Below are positions 46,568 through 55,156 of a DNA stretch of 64,000 nt, one piece after another. The DNA lies in contig JAGYJD010000005.1 of NCBI GenBank assembly GCA_018402365.1, positions 11,123-75,122 on the forward strand, in the 5' to 3' direction. Positions within the stretch are counted from its first letter, which is position 1, and each line of letters starts with the position of its first letter. The stretch comes from Candidatus Nanopelagicales bacterium. Its GTDB lineage: Bacteria; Actinomycetota; Actinomycetes; S36-B12; UBA5976. The position numbers and the translations under genes are program-made. The notes under the pieces were generated by a model, which worked only from the letters and a program-made list of their open reading frames with translations, made no database searches and was not told the DNA's origin.

Positions 46568-47210
46568 CTGTATTCTCAAAAACTTTAAGTATCTCTGCGA
46601 GTGAAATACCCCCCTCTCGCACCAATACAGGGCTATCAGTGCTTAAATCCAAAATAGAAGACGGCTCACTCGCTGGTAGTTCCCCTTGATCTAAATAGAC
46701 AGCAATATCGCTACCAAACTGTGCTTTTATCTCAGAAATGCTTTTACCCGCACTTTGCCCAACTTTATTTGCGGTAGTGGTTGCCAAAATTTCATCTTCC
46801 CCCAAAATCTCGAAAGCTACTGGATGAAGTGGCATGCGAACCGACACCACATTTGGAGTAATTCCCTTATTCCAACTGAGATTATTTAGCCCTTTAAGCA
46901 CGAGTGTTAAAGGACCGGGCCAAAAACATAAAAATTTATTCTTAACATCATCGTTTATCCCGGCGCAGAACTTTTGCAACAATGAAATATTACCTAAAAA
47001 TATAGTTAGTGGAGTTTTTGGAGTTTGCCCTTTAATGCTCCAAAGTAGCTGCAGAGCTTTTTCATCCATTGCTCTTACTGCTAGGGCGTAACTGGTATCT
47101 GTGGGTAGTGCGATGACTCTTCCGGCAGCTAAAGCTTCTTTGGCGGCTTTGATGCCATTTTCTCTCGGAGTTGGGTGAGAGAGACTAAAAACTCTTGCGG
47201 CAACTAGCAT
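46560..47210 (-). CDS. YrdC/Sua5-domain protein (L-threonylcarbamoyladenylate synthase family)
   Basis: IALPTDTSYALA, WPGPLTLVL and VRMPxHP motifs. 216 aa. 1-nt overlap with the TIM-like gene. Confidence 0.8.
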   Translation of the reverse strand: MLVAARVFSLSHPTPRENGIKAAKEALAAGRVIALPTDTSYALAVRAMDEKALQLLWSIKGQTPKTPLTIFLGNISLLQKFCAGINDDVKNKFLCFWPGPLTLVLKGLNNLSWNKGITPNVVSVRMPLHPVAFEILGEDEILATTTANKVGQSAGKSISEIKAQFGSDIAVYLDQGELPASEPSSILDLSTDSPVLVREGGISLAEILKVFENTVK

Positions 47211-47971
47211 CAGACACTTAGGTCGTGACTAGATCTGTAGCCTGAAAAGGCTTTTTCAAAAACATTTCTAAATCCATCTTTCGACCAAGCACTACGTCCT
47301 ACAAATAGGCCATCACATAATTTAAGGGATGCGATTTCTTCTGCATTTTCAATATTTACTGATCCACCATAACAAAGTGGAAAGTTCTTGGTATCTAATT
47401 CAAGTTCATTTAAAACTTCGTTAATAATGGTGAACGATTGTTCAATATAAGAAATACCAGCCGGTGTGCCATTAACACCAATTGACCAAACTGGCTCATA
47501 CCCGATGAGTGCCCAAGGTATTTGTAAATCTTTTAATACTATTAATTGCTTTTTAAATACTTCTCTTCTTTTATTTAAGTTTTCTTGCTGTGTTTTCTCG
47601 CCTATGCAGTAAATTATCTTTAAGTCATTTTCTTGACAATTTTTAATTTGAGCTGCTAAATCTGCTTCAGTTAATCCAAGCGCTCTTCTTTCAGCGTGTC
47701 CTACCATTACTAAGTCAGCATCTAATTCTTTTATTAAATTTGCAGAGATTTCACCAGTGGTGTTTCCCTGGGCACCAGAAATTTCTTGTGGGCCAATCCA
47801 TAACCCTGAGCCAAATGACATTTTCTTTAATGGCACTAAAAGTGGCATGGTGGGTAACACGAATAACTGCACTGCTTGATTAAATTTTGCCAAATGTGAT
47901 GCGATCTCAACAACTTCTTCGTGGAGTTTTCGACCTAAAAGTTGCTTAGTATTGGTACCAAAATAAAACAT
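47210..47971 (-). CDS. triosephosphate-isomerase-family paralog (EryH/LerI-like tetrulose/erythrulose-phosphate isomerase candidate)
   Basis: Catalytic residues are retained (FGTNTK for AGNWK, GHAERR, YEPVWSIG) but the N-terminus is divergent. Last-but-one gene of the ABC operon. Confidence 0.75.
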   Translation of the reverse strand: MFYFGTNTKQLLGRKLHEEVVEIASHLAKFNQAVQLFVLPTMPLLVPLKKMSFGSGLWIGPQEISGAQGNTTGEISANLIKELDADLVMVGHAERRALGLTEADLAAQIKNCQENDLKIIYCIGEKTQQENLNKRREVFKKQLIVLKDLQIPWALIGYEPVWSIGVNGTPAGISYIEQSFTIINEVLNELELDTKNFPLCYGGSVNIENAEEIASLKLCDGLFVGRSAWSKDGFRNVFEKAFSGYRSSHDLSV

Positions 47972-47990
47972 AAACGTTACCGAGTTTCGA

Positions 47991-49076
47991 TTATTTGACT
48001 TTTATCTCGCTCGAGAGCGCTTTTCCGGAACTGTCAAAGAAAGTGATATTTTCTGAGGCAATACTGGTCCACACCGTATCTTTTGCTTCTCTTCCTATGC
48101 TGTGAGAGACGCGAGCCTTAACCAAAAGACCTCCCACTGTGAGATCAAGTAAGTACTGACCTCCTGCGCCAATTGATTTACGAGTGACTGTTGCAGCGCA
48201 AGCGCCTGCTACTTGACTTATTGACACGCTAATGCCCTCGGCTCTTACGCCTAAAATATCAACGCTAGTTGCTTTGGAGCCTAAATCAATTGTTTGAGTA
48301 AACAGCGGGGAAGTTATTTTTGTTCCAGCAACGCTGACGAACTCTGACGGAACAAAGTTCATTCCGGGATTTCCTAAAAACCAACCAGCGAATTGACTAT
48401 TTGGGTTTTCATAGATGACTTTAGGTGAATCGGACTGAGTAATCACTCCATCTTGCATTAAGGCAATTTGGTCAGCCAAAGTCATGGCTTCTGTTTGGTC
48501 GTGGGTTACATAAACAATGGTCTGCTTAAGGCGACTAAATAATTCTTTCATACTGCGCTTCAACTCCATTTTAGAAGTTAAATCAATATTAGTAATTGGT
48601 TCGTCAAATAAAATAATTCGTGGCTGCCGAGCAACTTCACGTCCCACTGCAATTTTTTGACGCGTTCCGTTATCTAGCTCTTCAACTCGTCGTTTTAAAA
48701 CGCTGGTCAAATCAAGAATTTCTGCAACTTCGTCAACACGCTTATCTAATTCATCCTTACTTAGTTTTTCTGACAATAAAGGTAATTCTAGATTTTTTCT
48801 AACACTGGTTCCACGATAAATTACTGGGTATTGAAAGACCATTCCAATATTTCGTCTTCTGGTCGGCACATCAGTGACGTCATGTTCGCCAAAGAATATT
48901 CTTCCGCGAGTTGGAGTCTCTAGCCCAGCTATCATTCTCATCAATGTCGTTTTTCCACAACCTGATGGTCCTAACAAAACCGTTACAGAAGATTTAGGAA
49001 TGGTAAAAGTAATGTCATCCACCGCAGTAAAATTATCAAATTCTTTGGTTACGTTTTCTAAGCGAATGTCATACAT
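47991..49076 (-). CDS. ABC importer ATPase B (consensus Walker/H-loop, degenerate signature), MalK/UgpC-like with C-terminal regulatory domain
   Basis: GPSGCGKTT, FDEP and VTHDQTEA are canonical, but the signature reads LDNGTRQ instead of LSGGQ. Confidence 0.9.
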   Translation of the reverse strand: MYDIRLENVTKEFDNFTAVDDITFTIPKSSVTVLLGPSGCGKTTLMRMIAGLETPTRGRIFFGEHDVTDVPTRRRNIGMVFQYPVIYRGTSVRKNLELPLLSEKLSKDELDKRVDEVAEILDLTSVLKRRVEELDNGTRQKIAVGREVARQPRIILFDEPITNIDLTSKMELKRSMKELFSRLKQTIVYVTHDQTEAMTLADQIALMQDGVITQSDSPKVIYENPNSQFAGWFLGNPGMNFVPSEFVSVAGTKITSPLFTQTIDLGSKATSVDILGVRAEGISVSISQVAGACAATVTRKSIGAGGQYLLDLTVGGLLVKARVSHSIGREAKDTVWTSIASENITFFDSSGKALSSEIKVK

Positions 49077-50154
49077 TTGAAACTCCTTGGCCTATACGCA
49101 TTCCAGTATCTGCATCAAACAAAACCAGTGCCTCGGGATTATAGCTAAGCGAAACAGTTTTAGAATCAAGTTTGGCCAAAGACTCATCATCCGTTCGAGA
49201 AACTACCGTGACCAGATTTATACCATTTACTTCAAAATAAACAGCAAATTCAGACCCTAAATTTTCTAATAATCCCACTTTGGCATCAGTTTTACCTGCT
49301 ACTGAATCAATTGAGATACCTTCAGGTCTTAGGCCTGCCACAACTTTAGAGGCGACCGAATCTACTTTAACCTTGGTGTTGCCTAAGACAGAAGTGAAAG
49401 TTGTACCTGATAATTCACCCGGAAAAATATTTGCTTCAGGAAACCCAAGCGAATTCATGCTCGCTATCGAATTGGGCAAGTCGTAAACCACATCAAGGGA
49501 ATCTTGTTGAACGATCTTTCCATTCGCCAAAATCATCACAGTTCGCGCTAAAGACAGTGCTTCAAGTGGATCTGACGTCATGTAGACAAACGCAACTTTT
49601 AGTTCCTCTTGAGTTTTTCTTAAATCATCTATTAATCTTTCACGCAATTTAAAGTCCAGACCGACCAACGGATCATCCAGCACATAAACATCTGTTGCTT
49701 TCGCTAAACCTCTGGCAATTGCCACCCGCTGCTTTTGTCCACCTGATAACTGCTCGGGTTTTTTAGCTAATAAATCAGTGATTTTAAGCAGTTCGGCAAC
49801 TCGCGCTACTGATTCTGTTTTCGTAGCTTTGCTGGCCTTTGCTAAAACTAATGGATACTCGATGTTTTCTAGAACTGAATAATGCGGGTAAAGTGCGAAA
49901 CTCTGCGGTACATAACCAATATTTCGATCCCCTGCCGCTGCTTGCGTGGCATCTTCACCTCTCACGATGATTGAGCCCGCATCAATCGTTTCTAGCCCCA
50001 TTATGGTTCGCACCAACACCGATTTACCGTTATTTGGCTTTCCACAAATTACAGAGAAATCGTCCATCCCAGCACTAAAAGAAAGGTTATCTAAAACAAC
50101 ATTGCTGCCATAAGACTTTGTTAGTCCCTTGACTTCAAGTGCGTATTCAGCCAT
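49069..50154 (-). CDS. ABC importer ATPase A (degenerate catalytic site, canonical signature)
   Basis: GKPNNGKS Walker A and LSGGQKQRVAIARGL are present, but Walker B reads VLDDP (no catalytic Glu) and the H-loop reads MTSDP (no His). Start set at MAEYALEV (50154) to avoid overlap with the small ORF. Confidence 0.85.
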   Translation of the reverse strand: MAEYALEVKGLTKSYGSNVVLDNLSFSAGMDDFSVICGKPNNGKSVLVRTIMGLETIDAGSIIVRGEDATQAAAGDRNIGYVPQSFALYPHYSVLENIEYPLVLAKASKATKTESVARVAELLKITDLLAKKPEQLSGGQKQRVAIARGLAKATDVYVLDDPLVGLDFKLRERLIDDLRKTQEELKVAFVYMTSDPLEALSLARTVMILANGKIVQQDSLDVVYDLPNSIASMNSLGFPEANIFPGELSGTTFTSVLGNTKVKVDSVASKVVAGLRPEGISIDSVAGKTDAKVGLLENLGSEFAVYFEVNGINLVTVVSRTDDESLAKLDSKTVSLSYNPEALVLFDADTGMRIGQGVSNV

Positions 50155-50170
50155 TTTTATAGTTTCCCCT

Positions 50171-50485
50171 TTAGAAATTTCTCTTAGGTCTGCCAAGCTC
50201 GATCAAATAAGGTGTTACAAAAATTGAAAAGATAAAAATAAGAAAGATTATTAGTAAAATGATCATGGTTTTCTTTAAGGATTTCTTAAAACCCCAATCC
50301 GGATTTATATTACCTAAGGCAATCTGCAATATAACCGTCGCGGACAACAGTCTGAAACCCCATACATATGCTTCATAAGAAACTTGTTGAGCCAACAAAA
50401 ATAGCGAGGTGAGCAACAAATATATATTTAATTTTTGAGCTCTAGCAGCGAAGGGCTCCTTTTGAGTTTTGATTACTTCAGACAT
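50171..50485 (-). CDS. small (104 aa) 3-TM membrane protein encoded inside the ABC operon
   Basis: The ORF exactly fills the gap between permease 2 and ATPase A; its start abuts the permease stop at 50486. It has three hydrophobic segments. Confidence 0.55.
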   Translation of the reverse strand: MSEVIKTQKEPFAARAQKLNIYLLLTSLFLLAQQVSYEAYVWGFRLLSATVILQIALGNINPDWGFKKSLKKTMIILLIIFLIFIFSIFVTPYLIELGRPKRNF

Positions 50486-51340
50486 CTATACTTCACCTCG
50501 GACAGTTCCAAAGGTAAGGCCGACTAATAGATACTTCTGAAACACATAAATTACGACCACTAGCGGTAGTACATAAAGCGTTCCAATTGAAGCCACATAG
50601 GCCCAATCGATTCCACCGCCTTTTGTCGAACCGGTGAATAAACCAACTGGGATACCATAAGTTTTAGCACCACCTAATTGAAAGTTATACAAGAACTCGT
50701 TCCACACAAAGAGGATATTAAATACGAAGGCTGCTACCAAGCCAGGCTTCACCTGAGGCAAGATAACTTTAAACATGATGTGAAAGCGTGACGCTCCGTA
50801 AACTAATCCTGTTTCATCAAATCTTTGTGAGACGCCGTCTAAAAATCCTTTTAGGATCCAAACTGAAAACGGAATGGCAAACATAGTGTAAAAAGCAATT
50901 AAGCCGATGTAGGTGTCCTTTAGTCTCAGTAAGTTAAATAACTGAAAGTAGGGAATTACAAAAGCCGCCGCAGGTACAAATCTGGTGGACAACAATAAAA
51001 ACATCAAAAAGTCTGTTCCCGCTGGTTTAAAGCGAGAGAAAGAGTACGCGGCAAGGTAAGAAACCAAGATCGCCAAGCTCACCGAACCAAATGAATAAAT
51101 AACAGAGTGCGTGAAATAATCTAGCGTGTTATCAAAGCTCAACGCTTCGATAATGTTGTCAAAAGTCGGTCTAAAAAAGAATACCGGCGGAGAAACAACA
51201 ATGCTTCCCTTTGGCTTAAGCGCGGTAGAGACAATCCAAGCAATTGGTAAAAAGAAAAGAAGTGAAATTAACCAAGCGCCAATCGTCGCGAATTTTATGG
51301 GTCCTGATTTACGTTTGGGCTTGAAAGTTACGTCGCTCAT
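50486..51340 (-). CDS. carbohydrate ABC transporter permease (CUT1 type, MalG-like)
   Basis: 6 TM, EAA-loop region (GASRFHIMFKVILPQVKPG). 284 aa. Confidence 0.9.
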   Translation of the reverse strand: MSDVTFKPKRKSGPIKFATIGAWLISLLFFLPIAWIVSTALKPKGSIVVSPPVFFFRPTFDNIIEALSFDNTLDYFTHSVIYSFGSVSLAILVSYLAAYSFSRFKPAGTDFLMFLLLSTRFVPAAAFVIPYFQLFNLLRLKDTYIGLIAFYTMFAIPFSVWILKGFLDGVSQRFDETGLVYGASRFHIMFKVILPQVKPGLVAAFVFNILFVWNEFLYNFQLGGAKTYGIPVGLFTGSTKGGGIDWAYVASIGTLYVLPLVVVIYVFQKYLLVGLTFGTVRGEV

Positions 51341-51341
51341 T

Positions 51342-52286
51342 TTATTCCTCAGCCTTCTTTCTCGCGTTCAACACATATAAATAGATTGCAGTCAAAGCGA
51401 TTGCTACGAATAGCAAGAACACTGAAACTGCCGAAGAATAACCTAATTTGAATGATTTGAAGGCAAACCTGTATAAGGAAACCGCAATTAACTCTGTTCG
51501 ATCCCCAGGCCCTCCCCCCGTCATTACATATGCCAAGTCCATCGTCTTGAAGGCATCAATAATTCTTAACAAAAGTCCTAAACCTAAAATGAACTTTGCG
51601 TGTGGCCAAATTACAGTTCTAATTAATCGAGTTAAAGGTAAGCGATCAACCCGAGCAGCTTCTAATTCAGCTTTAGGAACAGAGCCTAAAGCCGCCAGGG
51701 TCATCAAAGTCATAAATGGCGTCCACATCCAAGTGTCCACAAACACCAGTGTCGGAAACGCTAAAGTTGTGCTGCTAAGAGTATCAATTCTATCAAAACC
51801 AAAGGTCGAAACAAAAAAATTCAAAACACCTAAGGTTGGGTCAAGAATGAACTTCCAGAACAAAGAAGTTGCGATTGGTGTAACCACCATTGGTGTAAAA
51901 AGAAGAGTTAGCGCTAAGCGACGACCTGGCATTTTGTCATTTTTCCAAAAGAGTACACCTATTAAAATTCCTAAGATAGTTTGCAAAATTACTGCGCTCA
52001 ACACGAAAATTAAAGTTCGTGAGACAGCTCCCGCCAATGCGCGATTTGCTAGGAAGTCTCGAAAATTATCAAAGCCTACAAACCGCGGATTTTGTGCCGA
52101 AGTTAGTGTGTAATCGTAAAAAGCTAAACCAAACATCCAAACTGTTGGCAGCACACTCATTAAAATAAAAAAGAATAAAACTGGGGCTAAAAGACCCCAA
52201 GATAACCAAGTCTTCTTTGATTCTAGCTTTTTAGCCTTGGGAACGTCCTTGATGGATTGTTCAAGTGTCTCAACGCTTTTAGCCAT
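51342..52286 (-). CDS. carbohydrate ABC transporter permease (CUT1 type, MalF-like)
   Basis: 6 TM, EAARVDRLPLTRLIRTVIWP EAA motif. 314 aa. Confidence 0.9.
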   Translation of the reverse strand: MAKSVETLEQSIKDVPKAKKLESKKTWLSWGLLAPVLFFFILMSVLPTVWMFGLAFYDYTLTSAQNPRFVGFDNFRDFLANRALAGAVSRTLIFVLSAVILQTILGILIGVLFWKNDKMPGRRLALTLLFTPMVVTPIATSLFWKFILDPTLGVLNFFVSTFGFDRIDTLSSTTLAFPTLVFVDTWMWTPFMTLMTLAALGSVPKAELEAARVDRLPLTRLIRTVIWPHAKFILGLGLLLRIIDAFKTMDLAYVMTGGGPGDRTELIAVSLYRFAFKSFKLGYSSAVSVFLLFVAIALTAIYLYVLNARKKAEE

Positions 52287-52400
52287 TGCCGTCCTTTAAT
52301 TAATTTTTCTAAAAACATCTAACGTTGGCGTAATCATAAGAGATGTGTTGGCATCCCAGTCAACTGGGACACCAACACATTACTCTCTTCTTTTAAACTC

Positions 52401-53939
52401 TTAGAGTCTTAAAGAGTCGACATTCTCCGGTGGAGGTGTCGTGGTCCGACCAGCATTGAAGAGAATTTGCTGTTGTTTTGCTGCAGCGTATTCCAAAGCG
52501 TCTTTAGCCGACGCAACGGTTCCACTCGCATAACCATTGAATGCTTCTTGCTGTACTGCAAGCATTTCAGCATATTCTGGCAAATGCCAGAAGTCTTGTG
52601 AGCGACCCTCTTCAAGCATGTATAAGAAGGGCTCTACATAGTGAGCAACTGATAAATACTCAGGATTTGCAGCACCTTCTTTGCTCCATGGCAAGCCACC
52701 GTTGTTTTTAATGAACTTGTCTTGAGTATCTTTTGTGTACCACCACTTGAGAACATCGATTGCCACTCTCATTTGGTCGTCATTGTTGAATGCGTTGATT
52801 ACCCATGGCTGGCCACCCATTGCACCAATTAGTTTTCCATCCCATTTAGGAAGTGGGATCGAGATGACCATGTCTGGCTTGACAACTGCGTCAGCGCCAC
52901 CCATAAATGCACCCACTGCTAACCATTGCCAGGCAGAAAAGCATTTTCCACCGTTGAAAAGGTCAAGCAGAGAACCGATACCAAAAGAAGCTGCATCTGC
53001 TGGCTGATACTTCATCAGACCAACAAACTCTTCCATTGCTGCGGCGTTGATATCAGAATTTAGGATTCCGTAAACATCTGAAGTTTCTGGATCCCAAATT
53101 TTTCCGCCTGTTGAATAAGCGAATGGGTAGTAGGCACAGCTAAAGAAGTCATACTCTTTCGAGTACATCAAAGCAGTACCGAACATCTCTTCATCTGGAC
53201 GATGGAAGAAATCGATGATTTCAACTAGAGCTGAATATTCAATTTCTACATATTCTTCATAAGTAGTTGGAAGATCTTTTCCAGTTGCTGCCTTGAATGC
53301 AGCTTGTTCTGCTGGATCCTCGAGCATGTCCTTACGCATGAATACTCCCTGAGTGTCAGGCATTTGTGGGAAGCCCCAACGAATTCCTGAACCATCTGGG
53401 TAAACCTGGTAAGTGTCTCTAACCAAACTAGAGAAAGGTTCGATGTCTAGTTCTGGGTTGGCTGCGAAGACATCATCTGCCTTTACAATCCATCCTGGTT
53501 CTGACAAAGCACCTAACCACTGCGAGTCGACGACCATAAGATTGTACTCTGATGATCCGGCGGCAAGAGTTGGTGAAACTTTTTGGAACAGTTCACCGAA
53601 ACCTGCTTCGACGAAAGTTATATCGTTAACCGTATAACCATAGTTTTCTAAGGCATAGGCCTGAAAATCTGCCCATTGAGTTGTTGGCGCAGCGCTGGGT
53701 GGCCAACCTCCAATACGCGAGTATGCAAAGTCAATGGTCTTACCTTGCATATTGGTTGCATTGCTTCCATACAACGGAGAGTCTGCGGCTGGGGCTTCTG
53801 CTGAGCCACCTCCGCTTGTTGATCCCCCATCATCACTGCAAGCTGCCAGCAAACCTGCCGCTGGAATTGCAGCGCCTGCTATCGCCCCTGCTTTAAGTAG
53901 CCGGCGACGGTCAAGCTTCATTTTTGTGTCTTCTGACAA
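52401..53939 (-). CDS. large extracellular solute-binding lipoprotein with Tat-type signal
   Basis: RRRLLKAGAIAGAAIPAAGLLAAC (twin-Arg plus lipobox) and a Gly/Ser linker. 512 aa, larger than typical CUT1 binding proteins. Alternative start at MKLDRRR (53921). Confidence 0.85.
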   Translation of the reverse strand: MSEDTKMKLDRRRLLKAGAIAGAAIPAAGLLAACSDDGGSTSGGGSAEAPAADSPLYGSNATNMQGKTIDFAYSRIGGWPPSAAPTTQWADFQAYALENYGYTVNDITFVEAGFGELFQKVSPTLAAGSSEYNLMVVDSQWLGALSEPGWIVKADDVFAANPELDIEPFSSLVRDTYQVYPDGSGIRWGFPQMPDTQGVFMRKDMLEDPAEQAAFKAATGKDLPTTYEEYVEIEYSALVEIIDFFHRPDEEMFGTALMYSKEYDFFSCAYYPFAYSTGGKIWDPETSDVYGILNSDINAAAMEEFVGLMKYQPADAASFGIGSLLDLFNGGKCFSAWQWLAVGAFMGGADAVVKPDMVISIPLPKWDGKLIGAMGGQPWVINAFNNDDQMRVAIDVLKWWYTKDTQDKFIKNNGGLPWSKEGAANPEYLSVAHYVEPFLYMLEEGRSQDFWHLPEYAEMLAVQQEAFNGYASGTVASAKDALEYAAAKQQQILFNAGRTTTPPPENVDSLRL

Positions 53940-54026
53940 GTGAACTCCTTCTCAAAAAGGATCGGCCCGAGATAGGTCGGTCTCACGACTAATAATGTGA
54001 CATAGGTTGCTATCTAGTCAAGACTA

Positions 54027-54054
54027 TTGAAGAACTCTGCATAACAATTAGATA
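54027..54054 (+). promoter_or_regulatory. candidate promoter of the rpiB...gntR operon
   Basis: TTGAAG-16 nt-TAGATA. The -35 is embedded in the 14-nt box AAGACTATTGAAGA, which is shared with the promoter at 61423..61459. Confidence 0.4.
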
Positions 54055-54120
54055 ACATTGCTAAAATCGAAATCGGCAGTAGCAAACTGCCTGGTGCAAA
54101 TAGTGAGGACTGTGACTGGA

Positions 54121-54597
54121 GTGACTAAGTACCGAATTGTGGTTGGATCTGATTTTGCCGGATTTGAATTAAAAGAATTATTAAAAAAATACTTACAAAA
54201 TGACTCTCGAGTTTCTGAGGTAATTGAAATCGGTGTTAATTCTTTAGAAGACAAGACTGATTATCCAAATATTGGATTTGCTTTGGGTGAAAAAATTCAA
54301 GAACAAGCAGCTGATCGTGGTTTATTAGTTTGTGGGACCGGAATTGGAATGGCAATCTCGGCAAACAAGGTGCCGGGAATTCGTGCCACTACTGTTCATG
54401 ATCCCTACTCCCTAGAGAGAGCAGTCTTGAGTAATAATTGTCAAGTTATTACAATGGGTGCTCGAGTCATTGCGCCAGAATTAGCCCTAAGTTTGATAAA
54501 GCCTTGGCTTGATTATGTTTTTGATGAGCAAGGACCCAGCGCACCAAAAGTAAAGCAAATTAATCATCTAGAAAAGGAAGCCAAAAATAATGAGTAA
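54121..54597 (+). CDS. rpiB: ribose-5-phosphate isomerase B / RpiB-LacAB family sugar-phosphate isomerase
   Basis: RIVVGSDFAGFELKE, LVCGTGIGMAISANK and the catalytic region. Start placed at GTG 54121; the track ORF from 54058 adds a non-conserved 21-aa extension and would precede the predicted TSS. Confidence 0.85.
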   Translation: MTKYRIVVGSDFAGFELKELLKKYLQNDSRVSEVIEIGVNSLEDKTDYPNIGFALGEKIQEQAADRGLLVCGTGIGMAISANKVPGIRATTVHDPYSLERAVLSNNCQVITMGARVIAPELALSLIKPWLDYVFDEQGPSAPKVKQINHLEKEAKNNE

Positions 54598-55102
54598 AGG
54601 CACAATTGCATTTCCTATCGCTGATGGGGTTGAGGATTTGGAATATCACGTGACAAGAATGCGGCTAGAAGAAGATGGCTTCAAAGTGGTAAGTGCCGGA
54701 GTTGATAAAAAACAAATAATTGGCAAGAACGGTTTAAAAATTGATATCGACGTTTTGATTTCAGATTTGAAAGCAAGTGAACTTCAGGGCTTAGTGCTAG
54801 CTGGTGGATGGGCGCCAGACAAGTTAAGAAGATATGAGAATGTAATTAATTTAATAAAAGAAATTAATGCACAAAATAAGGTGATAGGAATTATTTGTCA
54901 TGGCGGCTCACTCGCAGTGTCAGCAGATATTCTCAAAGGTAAAAAGTCGACTGGCTCATTGGGTATCAAAGACGACCTAGTGAATGCTGGGGCAACTTGG
55001 GTAGATGAAGCTGCATTTAGCGAGGGCAACTTGGTCTGGGGTCGAGTAGTGGCCGATATTCCTGATTTTTGCCGTGAACTGGTTAAAACCCTTAATCAGT
55101 AA
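54590..55102 (+). CDS. DJ-1/PfpI family protein (class I glutamine-amidotransferase-like; deglycase/glyoxalase III candidate)
   Basis: Nucleophile elbow IGIICHGG and LAGGWAP. 170 aa. 8-bp overlap with rpiB. Confidence 0.85.
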   Translation: MSKGTIAFPIADGVEDLEYHVTRMRLEEDGFKVVSAGVDKKQIIGKNGLKIDIDVLISDLKASELQGLVLAGGWAPDKLRRYENVINLIKEINAQNKVIGIICHGGSLAVSADILKGKKSTGSLGIKDDLVNAGATWVDEAAFSEGNLVWGRVVADIPDFCRELVKTLNQ

Positions 55103-55156
55103 AAACGCTTGACCAATCCAACCTGCTGAGGGTAATCTCGCATTCTGTATACAGGA

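Noticed and set aside
50155-50196. Longer start (MADLREISKGETIK...) for ABC ATPase A
   Set aside because: It would overlap the small membrane ORF by 26 nt. MAEYALEVKGL aligns with the usual start of ABC ATPases.
51448-52113. 221-aa plus-strand ORF
   Set aside because: It is antisense to the ABC permease gene. It is Lys/Arg-rich, as expected for the reverse frame of a hydrophobic protein.
54058-54120. ATG 54058 as the rpiB start
   Set aside because: It adds 21 non-conserved residues ahead of the canonical RIVVGSD start and lies upstream of the transcription start implied by the predicted promoter. GTG 54121 is preferred, although it is not proven.
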